A stretch of 32,000 bases of DNA, taken from positions 210,001 to 242,000 of the forward strand of contig CAVRAI010000009.1 of NCBI GenBank assembly GCA_963718915.1. The letters run 5' to 3'. Source of the stretch: an uncultured Chloroflexia bacterium (lineage in GTDB: Bacteria > Chloroflexota > Ktedonobacteria > Ktedonobacterales > JADMIN01). Both the position numbers and the translations under genes were made by a program. The notes below the pieces were generated by a model. That model had not been told where the DNA came from. It saw only the letters and a program-made list of their open reading frames with translations, and did not search any database. Below, piece by piece: positions 1-7,620 of this stretch (positions are counted from its first letter, which is position 1; every line of letters begins with the position of its first letter).

Positions 1-1
1 T

Positions 2-448
2 CACCGCCACATCCCGGCCACTCTGCTCTCTGAAGGTGCGCGGCTGTTGGCTGCCGCCGATTCCTACCACGCGATGATCGCGGCGCGGCCATACCGCCCG
101 GCATCTACGCCCGACGTTGCTACCGCTACGCTACGCGATGAGGTTCGGCAGGGGCGGCTTGATGGCGAGGCGGTCAACGCTGTGCTGGCCGCGGCGGGCC
201 ACAACGTCCAGGTGGCAAAGCGCGCATGGCCCGCCGGACTGAGCGAGCGCGAGGTTGAGGTGTTGCGTCTGGTCGCTCACGGCCTCTCCAGGCGCCAGAT
301 AGGCCAACAGCTCTGTATCTCTGAGAAGACCGCCGATCATCACATCCAGCATATCTATACCAAGTGCGGCGTCTCGACACGGGCATCAGCCACACTCTTC
401 GCCATGCAACATCGCCTCCTCAGCGACCTGGCCACCCTCACAGAATAG
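2..448 (+). CDS. HD-GYP-type HD-domain protein fused to a C-terminal LuxR-family HTH (5' end outside window)
   Basis: The frame is open from base 2, so the gene starts upstream. AADSYHAMIAARPYRPA matches the end of HD-GYP/HD phosphohydrolase domains. LSEREVEVLRLVAHGLSRRQIGQQLCISEKTADHHIQHIYTKCGV is a typical LuxR/GerE HTH. Confidence 0.75.
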   Translation, partial: HRHIPATLLSEGARLLAAADSYHAMIAARPYRPASTPDVATATLRDEVRQGRLDGEAVNAVLAAAGHNVQVAKRAWPAGLSEREVEVLRLVAHGLSRRQIGQQLCISEKTADHHIQHIYTKCGVSTRASATLFAMQHRLLSDLATLTE

Positions 449-572
449 GGCGTTCGCCCGATGCTCCCACAGGCTCTTCCAGTTATCCTTAAGCCATGCG
501 CGGCAGAACAAAGGCACAGCAGTGGCACACTACTCTTTGAATGTGCCGAACGAATTCCGCAAAGGGGGATAA

Positions 573-1367
573 ATGATGAACCGTATCATCTCGAAAGACA
601 GCACGCCCATCGCATACCAGCAGAGCGGCAAAGGACCGCCGCTGGCGCTCGTGCATGGCACAACCGCCGACCACACCCGCTGGGCGCCTGTGCTTCAGCC
701 CCTCGAAGAGCACTTTACCCTCTATGCGCTTGACCGGCGCGGGCGTGGCGAGAGCGGAGACGCCGACGCCGACCATTACTCCATCGAGCGCGAGTTTGAC
801 GATGTGGCCGCGGTCGTCGACTCCATCGGCGAACCAGCACATCTGCTCGGCCACTCGTACGGCGCGCTCTGCTCGCTGGAGGCGGCTCTGCGCACAAAAA
901 ACCTGCGCAAGCTCGTGCTGTATGAGCCACCTATCCCGACCGGTATCGAGCTTTATCCGAGTGCATCCGTCGAGCGTATACGGGCAGCGTTAGCGGCAGG
1001 AGATCGCGATGGCGCCGTCACCATCTTCATGCGCGAGATTGCTCAGGCGCCCCAGCGCGACCTGGACCTGTTGCGGTCGGCTCCGGCGTGGCAGGGGCGG
1101 GTGGCGGCGGCGCACACCATTCTGCGTGAGATACAAAGTTCAGATACCTATGTCTTCGAACCAGCGCGCTTCCACCAGATGACCGTGCCCACGCTGCTCT
1201 TGCTCGGCGGCGACAGCCCACCATTTCTCCAGCGCGCCACCCAGGCTGTGCAGGCCGCGCTGCCCAACAGCCGAATCGTTGTCATGCCGGGCCAACAGCA
1301 CGTGGCAATGAACTCAGCGCCCGAACTTTTTGTACGCGACGTTCTGCAATTTCTGCGGGCTGATTGA
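573..1367 (+). CDS. alpha/beta hydrolase fold protein
   Basis: 264 aa with HGTTADH near the N-terminus and a GHSYGA nucleophile elbow (GxSxG). A C-terminal His lies in GQQHVAM. The RBS GGGGGA precedes the ATG. Confidence 0.85.
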   Translation: MMNRIISKDSTPIAYQQSGKGPPLALVHGTTADHTRWAPVLQPLEEHFTLYALDRRGRGESGDADADHYSIEREFDDVAAVVDSIGEPAHLLGHSYGALCSLEAALRTKNLRKLVLYEPPIPTGIELYPSASVERIRAALAAGDRDGAVTIFMREIAQAPQRDLDLLRSAPAWQGRVAAAHTILREIQSSDTYVFEPARFHQMTVPTLLLLGGDSPPFLQRATQAVQAALPNSRIVVMPGQQHVAMNSAPELFVRDVLQFLRAD

Positions 1368-1496
1368 AGAATCAGCGACTAATGACGCAGGCGCGTCAGT
1401 TCCGATCAGTGCGCGCATTGCTGTGATAGGGCTACTTCCTCCGTTGCGTCTTCCAGCGCATGGTACGCTGTTGTGCAAAACGGAGGTATTTTCGTG

Positions 1497-2048
1497 ATGA
1501 CAACGTACATAGCGTTGCTGCGGGGCATCAACGTCGGCGGACATCGGCTCATCAAAATGGCCGACTTGAGGACCATGTTCGAGGCGTTGGGCTTCGGCGG
1601 GGTGCAGACCTATATCCAGAGCGGGAACGTCGTTTTCCAGGCCGACGAGGCGGAACAGCCGCTGCGCGAGCGCATCGAGCAGCGGATCGCGGCGACGTTC
1701 GGCTTCGCGGTCACGGTCGCCCTGCGCACGCACGACGAACTGGCGCAGGTCATCGCGGATTGCCCGTTCGCGCCAGACGCGCTGCCTGAGGGCGAGAGCC
1801 TCTACGTCGCGCTGTTGGCGGAGGCGCCCACGCCAGAAGGCGTCGAGCGGCTGCTGGCGAGCAAGACCACGCCAGACGATTTCCGCATGCTGGGCCGCGA
1901 GGTCTATCTGCTCTACCGCCGAAGCATGCGCGAGAGCCAGCTCACGAACAACCTGCTCGAAAGCAGACTCGGCGTCCCCGCAACCTCGCGTAACTGGCGC
2001 ACCCTCACTACCCTCGCCGCGATGAGCAAGACGCTGGCCGATGGATGA
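1497..2048 (+). CDS. DUF1697 family protein
   Basis: YIALLRGINVGGHRLIKMADLRTMFEALGFGGVQTYIQSGNVVF is the DUF1697 signature. The longest ORF starts at 1473. GGAGG at 1482-1486 favours a start at GTG 1494 or ATG 1497. Confidence 0.8.
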   Translation: MTTYIALLRGINVGGHRLIKMADLRTMFEALGFGGVQTYIQSGNVVFQADEAEQPLRERIEQRIAATFGFAVTVALRTHDELAQVIADCPFAPDALPEGESLYVALLAEAPTPEGVERLLASKTTPDDFRMLGREVYLLYRRSMRESQLTNNLLESRLGVPATSRNWRTLTTLAAMSKTLADG

Positions 2049-2049
2049 T

Positions 2050-3390
2050 CTACGGCACGCTGGCCGCAAGCGGGTAATATTCCAGGCCGGGCGTGAAGTC
2101 ACCTGCATTGTCGTTATGCGCCTGCCCCCAGAGCGCGACCGCATGCCCGGCCGCGTCGTACTGGACGGCGAGCGGCGTGCCTACAGGCATTGTCGCCACA
2201 CGTTGCCAGGTCGTCGCGCCATCCCGCAGCGTGTAGACGAGGTTGGCTGGCCCAATGCTCCAGAGCAGGATCGAGCCATCCGGTAGCACAGCTAGCCTGT
2301 CTGGGGCAAAGAGAATATCCGTGCTCGGAAGCGCGGGCAACTCCTGCCAGTGCACGCCCTTATCGGTTGAGCGCAGCATTGTGAGTGAGGGAGACTGTTG
2401 TGGAAACACCCAGGTAACCAGCGTGTCGGCGCCAGGTTGCGCGGCTGTCTGTCCTATATCGGCGTCTGGGTAGGGTGTGCTGACTCGTGTCCAGTGGCGT
2501 CCGTCATCGCTGGAGCGCACAAGGGTCAGGCAATTATCTGAGCAGGGCGCTACAGTCAGCGTGGCGTAGATCGTAGACCCGCTAGAAACCAAGAGGGCGC
2601 CGATCAATTGCGCTGAATGCCCGAGCAGTTGCCACCCGCTTATCTCGGTGAGTGGGCCATCCGCGCGGCTGACGAGCAGATGGAAGGGTAGAGAGTTATC
2701 CGGCGCCCTCGCGCCTTTAGCCACTACGAAGAGGGTTGAGTTGGTCCAGGCGACATTGTCGACAACCAGCGATGCGGGCACATGGATCGGTGACCACGTG
2801 AGGCCGCCATCGTGGCTGCGGAACACTCGCGCGGTTGGCGTGACGTTGTCGCAGACGATGCAGTTATAGGTGACGAGCGCCACATCCCTGGCATCGCTCG
2901 GCGAAACAGAGACACGACAGCGCGCCCCGGTTGAGACGTTGCCCAGCAGATTCCATACATGCAGATTCCATACATTCTGATTGGGATCATAGGCCGCGAA
3001 GTTGATGGGAGCAGCGCCAGGGCCGAGTGTGCCACAGGTGTAGCCCAGCGCGCCATTCGCGCTAAAGGCGATATCCTGCGCCCATCCTGGGCCATTGGCT
3101 TTCCATCCCGTGCCGCGCGGTATCGAGGTTGGCACGGGTGTCGGCGTCTTGATACGCAACAGCGTCTCAGTGGGCGTTGGAATGATGTGTGCGGGCATGA
3201 CGCCTGGTAGCCAGTGGATCGCCAGCGCCAGCACGACAACGCCTGCGAGCGCGACCGACGCAATATTGAGCAGACGCCGCAGCGAGAAGCTGCTGGTAGC
3301 GGGCTTGAGCGACGTAACGCGCGGCATGTCATCGGATGTGGTATCTGGAATCGTAGCGGGCGCCTGGGCATGTTTGTCGTCATCGCTCAT
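2050..3390 (-). CDS. membrane-anchored Asp-box (BNR) repeat beta-propeller-like protein, paralog 1
   Basis: 446 aa. An acidic N-terminal tail is followed by one TM helix (LLNIASVALAGVVVLALAIHWLP). Asp-box-like motifs are SHDGGLTWS, SSDDGRHWT, STDKGVHWQ and RDGATTWQ. The conserved C-terminus reads VQYDAAGHAVALWG...GLEYYPL. Confidence 0.75.
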   Translation of the reverse strand: MSDDDKHAQAPATIPDTTSDDMPRVTSLKPATSSFSLRRLLNIASVALAGVVVLALAIHWLPGVMPAHIIPTPTETLLRIKTPTPVPTSIPRGTGWKANGPGWAQDIAFSANGALGYTCGTLGPGAAPINFAAYDPNQNVWNLHVWNLLGNVSTGARCRVSVSPSDARDVALVTYNCIVCDNVTPTARVFRSHDGGLTWSPIHVPASLVVDNVAWTNSTLFVVAKGARAPDNSLPFHLLVSRADGPLTEISGWQLLGHSAQLIGALLVSSGSTIYATLTVAPCSDNCLTLVRSSDDGRHWTRVSTPYPDADIGQTAAQPGADTLVTWVFPQQSPSLTMLRSTDKGVHWQELPALPSTDILFAPDRLAVLPDGSILLWSIGPANLVYTLRDGATTWQRVATMPVGTPLAVQYDAAGHAVALWGQAHNDNAGDFTPGLEYYPLAASVP

Positions 3391-3512
3391 GCGTGTTGTG
3401 CGGTCCTTCCCGGTTCACCTGCTTGTCGGCCTGGGGCCTATCCTCTCATGCCAGGTATGTCGTGTCAAATGATGAGATGGTGAGCGGATGAGATCGCGGG
3501 GCGACGCCGCCA

Positions 3513-4829
3513 TTAGCGCGAACCCTGAAGCGGATAGTATTCCAGACCCAGCGCGGCTGTTGGATTGATTGCCCGTCCCCAGAGCGCGACCGCATGTCCC
3601 CCAGCATCATATTGCACCGTCATAGGCGTACCGGCGGGTAGTGACGCAATGAGTCGCCATGTGGCCGCTCCGGCGGGCAGCGCATAGACCGCGCCTGCGT
3701 TTCCATAACAGAAGGCGTAGACCGAGTTGTCTGACGCGGCGAAGATAACCGCGCCGCCCGTCGTGGGATCTACCGGGAAGGCTGGCAACTCTCGCCAGGA
3801 ATCGCCGTCATTGTCTGACCGCAGGGGCACGAGTATGCCCGGTGTAGGCAGAAACGCCGAGCCGACGAGGGTGTGGGTGTATGGCTGCGCCGCCTGAAGC
3901 GTGATGGGGCTGCCCTTGTAGTTCGCGGAGTACGAGGTCCAGTGCGCGCCATCATCGGCGCTGCGCACCTGAATCGTGCAGTAGCTGGCGCAGGACATCT
4001 CATTGAGCGAGGCGTAGAGCGTCGTCCCGCTCGAAAGCAGCGAGATATTACTGAGCTGCGTGGTTTGTCCGATTAGCTGCTGTGAGTCAATCTCCGCGAA
4101 TGATCGGTTATGCTGCCAGACGAGCAGATGGCTGGGCGAGTTGGGAGGGATAGTTGTGCTGTCGGCGGAGAGATTGCCCCGCGTCGCCAGGAATAGCGCC
4201 GAGTCTGCCCAGGCGACATCATAGACATTCATCATAGCGGGCAGGAGAAGCTCCTCCCAGGTCTCGCCGCCATCGTACGATTCATAGAGCCGCGAAGCGG
4301 GATAATTATCGATGCAGTCCCCACCGTCAGGACAATAGGTAACGGCAAGTACAACATAATTACCCGCATCGGGCGAGACGAGCACCTGGCAGCTATCGCC
4401 AGAAGCGGGGGTTGGCAACTCCTTCCAGGTGTTCTGGTGCACGTCATAGACGGTCAGCGACATGACGGCGTTGAGTGGACTCTTGTCACAGATGTAGCCC
4501 AGCGCGCCATTGGATGTGAACGCGATATCCTGCGCTGATTCGGGGCCGATGGACTCCCAGCCGGAGCCGCGCGCTGGTGGCAACTGCGCGTTGAATGTCT
4601 GAGTTGTGCGCGTCGACTGGCTATTCGGCCCTTTCGGTAGGACATCGGGCAGCCAGTGGATCGCCAGCGCCAGCACGGCAATGGCCGCCACCGCCACCGT
4701 CGCCACGTTGAGCAACCGCCGTTGCGAGAATGCGCGGGAAGCAGGATGTAGCGACGAGACGTGCGGATGCTCCTCCCGCTCGTCATCGGTCGGCGTGGCA
4801 TCATTGTGAGACGGCTCGTCATTCCGCAC
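3513..4829 (-). CDS. membrane-anchored Asp-box (BNR) repeat beta-propeller-like protein, paralog 2
   Basis: 438 aa with the same architecture as 2050..3390: TM LLNVATVAVAAIAVLALAIHWLP, motifs SYDGGETWE, SADDGAHWT and SDNDGDSWR, and C-terminus VQYDAGGHAVALWG...GLEYYPL. The GTG start lies 3 nt after the larC stop, with its RBS (GAGAGGGA) inside the last larC codons. Confidence 0.75.
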   Translation of the reverse strand: MRNDEPSHNDATPTDDEREEHPHVSSLHPASRAFSQRRLLNVATVAVAAIAVLALAIHWLPDVLPKGPNSQSTRTTQTFNAQLPPARGSGWESIGPESAQDIAFTSNGALGYICDKSPLNAVMSLTVYDVHQNTWKELPTPASGDSCQVLVSPDAGNYVVLAVTYCPDGGDCIDNYPASRLYESYDGGETWEELLLPAMMNVYDVAWADSALFLATRGNLSADSTTIPPNSPSHLLVWQHNRSFAEIDSQQLIGQTTQLSNISLLSSGTTLYASLNEMSCASYCTIQVRSADDGAHWTSYSANYKGSPITLQAAQPYTHTLVGSAFLPTPGILVPLRSDNDGDSWRELPAFPVDPTTGGAVIFAASDNSVYAFCYGNAGAVYALPAGAATWRLIASLPAGTPMTVQYDAGGHAVALWGRAINPTAALGLEYYPLQGSR

Positions 4830-4832
4830 TGA

Positions 4833-6048
4833 TTATCCCTCTCGCTCGGCGTCCAGGTTGAAATGCGTGCGCGCGGCCTGTGTCACCCGCGCCATCACTG
4901 TCTCCACCGGAAGATGCAGCTTCTCCGCCAGCGCGCGGCAGTCGTCGTACTCTGGCGTCACGGCGATCACCGCGCCATCCGCCGTCTTCAGCTTGACGCG
5001 CACCGGCCCCAGTGGCGTCTCGATCTCGCGCACCTCGCGTCCCGCCTTGAGCCGCTCGGCGTGGTGCATGCGCACGCCCAGCGTCGCACTCTCGCGCAGA
5101 ATCCGCGCCGCAAGCTCGCTGGCGTCCTCCGGGCGCGCGATGACCGTTAATAGCGTCGCGGGCCGATTCTTCTTCATTTGCAACGGAGTATAACTCACGT
5201 CAAGCGCGCCACTTGCCAGCAGGCGCTCCATCAGCCAGCCAAGCGCCTCGCCGGTCATGTTGTCGATGTTGGCCTCGATGACCATCACCTCGTCGCGCTC
5301 GAAGCCTGCCTCGGCCCGCTGCCACTGCTTCTGGCGCGGTCCCAAGCACGACGCGGAGGCAGTTGGCCCACGGCAGTTTGCGCGCGCCGAATCCGTAGCC
5401 GACGGCGCTGAGCCGCATCGCCGGGCGCTCGAAGCGGGCGAGCGCGGCCACCAGCGCGGCTCCCGTTGGCGTAACAAGCTCCCCCTCTATTGGGACGGAC
5501 CGCCAGACGGCATCTGTTCCCTTGAGCAACTCGAGGGTGGCGGGCGCGGGTACGGGTAACGCGCCATGCGCCGAACGCACCCGCCCCGACGTCAGCGGCA
5601 ACTCTGAGCAGTAGACCTCCGCGACATCGAGCAGGTCCAGGGCAAGCGCCGCGCCGACGATGTCCACTATCGAGTCCACCGCGCCGACCTCGTGAAAGGT
5701 GACCTCATCGGGCGTTGCGCCGTGGATGATGGCCTCCGCCTGCGCCAACCGCTGGAAGATCGCCAGCGCGCGCTCGTGCGCCCGTGCTGGGAGCGACGCG
5801 GCGTCCAGCATTGCGGTGATGTCGGCCAGCCGCCGATGCGCGTGTGGCGTCTGCTCGTCCAGCCGGACGTGGAGCCGCGTGCCGCTGATACCATGCTCGG
5901 TAACGGACTCCGCCTCCAGGGTGTAGCCCACGAGCGGCAGCGTTGTCAGCGCGTCTCGCAACTGCGCGAGATCGAGGCTCGCGTCGAGCAGCGCGCCGAG
6001 CAGCATATCGCCGCTGATGCCAGAGAAGCAATCCAGCCAGAGCAGCAT
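4833..6048 (-). CDS. larC: LarC-family nickel insertion protein (DUF111) with an apparent +1 frame break near 5305-5325
   Basis: The N-terminal part MLLWLDCFSGISGDM...GYGFGARKLPWANCLRVVLG is in one frame (stop at 5200). The C-terminal part DEVMVIEANIDNMTGEALGWLMERLLASGALDVSYTPLQMKKNRPATLLTVI is in the +1 frame (stop at 4833). Total length is 1216 nt (3n+1). The ATG at 6048 is preceded by AGGAGA. Confidence 0.8.
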
Positions 6049-6124
6049 GGGCGGGTCTCCTATTCGTGGGCTGTAGCGAAAGCGAAGGGCAGTGTGCTCT
6101 TTACGACGGACAGCCACGGCGGCT

Positions 6125-6292
6125 GGCGATTAAAACCGCGCCTTGATGGCCTCACTGCGCTCCGCCACAAAACCCGCCGTCGCGGGTTTCAACGATCCGC
6201 GCACTAGTGGGTACACTGTAGGGACACAGTCTGGGAAGTCCGCGCAGGCGGACTTTGTGGCCGCAGGCCCTTCAGGCGCGGTTTCAACCGCC
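6125..6292. repeat. MITE-like composite repeat bounded by 27-bp imperfect inverted repeats, with two internal hairpins
   Basis: 6125-6151 (GGCGATTAAAACCGCGCCTTGATGGCC) is the reverse complement of 6266-6292 (GGCCCTTCAGGCGCGGTTTCAACCGCC) at 22/27 positions. Internal perfect 8-bp hairpins are AAACCCGC/GCGGGTTT (6170-6189) and AAGTCCGC/GCGGACTT (6236-6255). A third partial core copy, GCGGGTTTCAACGATCC, lies at 6182-6198. Confidence 0.45.
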
Positions 6293-6357
6293 CGCGCTGC
6301 CCAGCGCGTGTCCCTCGAACTTGCTGAACCACCTTATGCCGCGAAGGTGATTTATCC

Positions 6358-7323
6358 CTACCTCGCCCCTGCCTGTAGCGCCTTCTCGCAGATATCATAC
6401 TGCCGCTCGACGCGCATGCCCACGCGCTCGTAGAGTCGGGTGGCGCCAGTGAGACTCTGTGAGTCCACACCCAGCGCGACCGTGCGCAGCCCGCGCCGGT
6501 AAAGCGCGCCGAAAGTGTGGCGGAGCAGCGCCTCGCCCAATCCCCGCCCGCGCCAGGGTCGCCGGACGCCCAGATCGTTGACCCAGCCGCGATCCGGCAG
6601 TACCTCGCCCATCACCACACCGACCACCTCGTCGCCATCTATCGCCAGGAACCAGAGTGAGGGGTCGAACGTGTCAACCTCGATGTTCGCGCGGACAAAA
6701 TCTTCATACGGCTGCTCGGCGTATCCCCAGTGGTCCTGGAACGCCTCGCGAAAGGCGACATAGGTGGCGCGCAGATCGGCCTCCGTGATGGGATTGCGCA
6801 CGGTGATGCCCGCTGGCCAGACGGCAGTCGCAGGCTCCTCGGCCAGTTCGACGATCATGCCCCACATTCGGCGGACAACCTGATAGCCGGATTGCTCCAG
6901 CAGGCGGCGCGCTGGCTCATTGGCAGCGGTGATCCATTGCTGGAGGACGACGCGATCATCGGGCGCGAATCGTCCCATTGCTTCACTGGCGCGCTGCTCG
7001 ATGCGTGCGAGCAACGCCGTGCCGATGCCACGCCCGCGCGCGTCGGGGTGGACGGTGGCGAACGCCTGGAGGTCGGTGCGCTCGACGGGCTGCACATGGG
7101 CAAAACCCAGCGCCTCCGGCCCGTCGGATGCGACCGCCAGCCAGGCATTCTTTCCCCAGTCGAAGTCGGAACGCTGCCAGACAATGCTGACACCGTCGAG
7201 CATGGCGGGGTCAGGGCTGCCCATCTCCTCGGTCTCGCAGATGGCGATGAGCGCCATAATCGTGTCGCGGTCGCCGGGCGAACAGGGGCGAATAGAAACG
7301 CCGGGAATATCGAAAGCAGTCAT
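6358..7323 (-). CDS. GNAT family N-acetyltransferase with two tandem GNAT domains (MshD-like architecture)
   Basis: 321 aa with two acetyl-CoA binding motifs: VHPDARGRGIGTALL and VRRPWRGRGLGEALL. Confidence 0.85.
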   Translation of the reverse strand: MTAFDIPGVSIRPCSPGDRDTIMALIAICETEEMGSPDPAMLDGVSIVWQRSDFDWGKNAWLAVASDGPEALGFAHVQPVERTDLQAFATVHPDARGRGIGTALLARIEQRASEAMGRFAPDDRVVLQQWITAANEPARRLLEQSGYQVVRRMWGMIVELAEEPATAVWPAGITVRNPITEADLRATYVAFREAFQDHWGYAEQPYEDFVRANIEVDTFDPSLWFLAIDGDEVVGVVMGEVLPDRGWVNDLGVRRPWRGRGLGEALLRHTFGALYRRGLRTVALGVDSQSLTGATRLYERVGMRVERQYDICEKALQAGAR

Positions 7324-7382
7324 GGTGTGACTCCTTGTGAGATGTGTGATACTGAATCCGGTTGGACTGTTGTCATACGGAG

Positions 7383-7435
7383 GCAGGCCGTAGCGTAAAC
7401 GCTACGGCGAATTTCCCAACCCATTCGCCGAGGCC
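7383..7435. repeat. dispersed double-hairpin repeat, copy 1 (inverted relative to copy 2 at 17700..17754)
   Basis: Contains the palindrome GCCGTAGCG-TAA-CGCTACGGC and the hairpin GGCGAAT-N10-ATTCGCC. Its reverse complement matches 17700..17754 over about 46 nt with 2 mismatches. It lies in the intergenic region between folC and the GNAT gene. Confidence 0.6.
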
Positions 7436-7620
7436 TTCAAGCTCCGGCACGCTCCCCACATACAACGACCCAGCCGGACTTGGTATGAGAGCAATACTCT
7501 TCGAAAATGCACCTTTGCGCGCAAGACCACTGCCCTTCCTCGCAACCAGGAAGGGTAGCCAAGGCGCCGGGTCAGAGAATTATTGTTTCGATGGTACTCA
7601 TCGCGCCTATCTCCACATCT

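Noticed and set aside
6049-6117. Longer larC start at 6117 (MAVRRKEHTALRF...)
   Set aside because: The LarC family begins at MLLWLDCFSGISGD. The ATG at 6048 has an AGGAGA RBS at proper spacing, whereas the extension has none.
6179-6320. CRISPR-like look of repeats beginning GTTTCAAC and ending GA(A/C)AC
   Set aside because: There are only two or three copies, about 100 bp apart. They are similar only over the first ~16 nt, one copy is inverted, and no cas genes are present. It is better explained as a REP/MITE-like element.
6337-6350. Motif ATGCCGCGAAG(G/C)T recurring in three intergenic regions (6337-6350, 10113-10125, 17804-17817)
   Set aside because: The shared length is only 11-14 nt. 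Matches of that length are expected by chance several times in 64 kb of GC-biased sequence counting both strands, and there is no extended flanking similarity.
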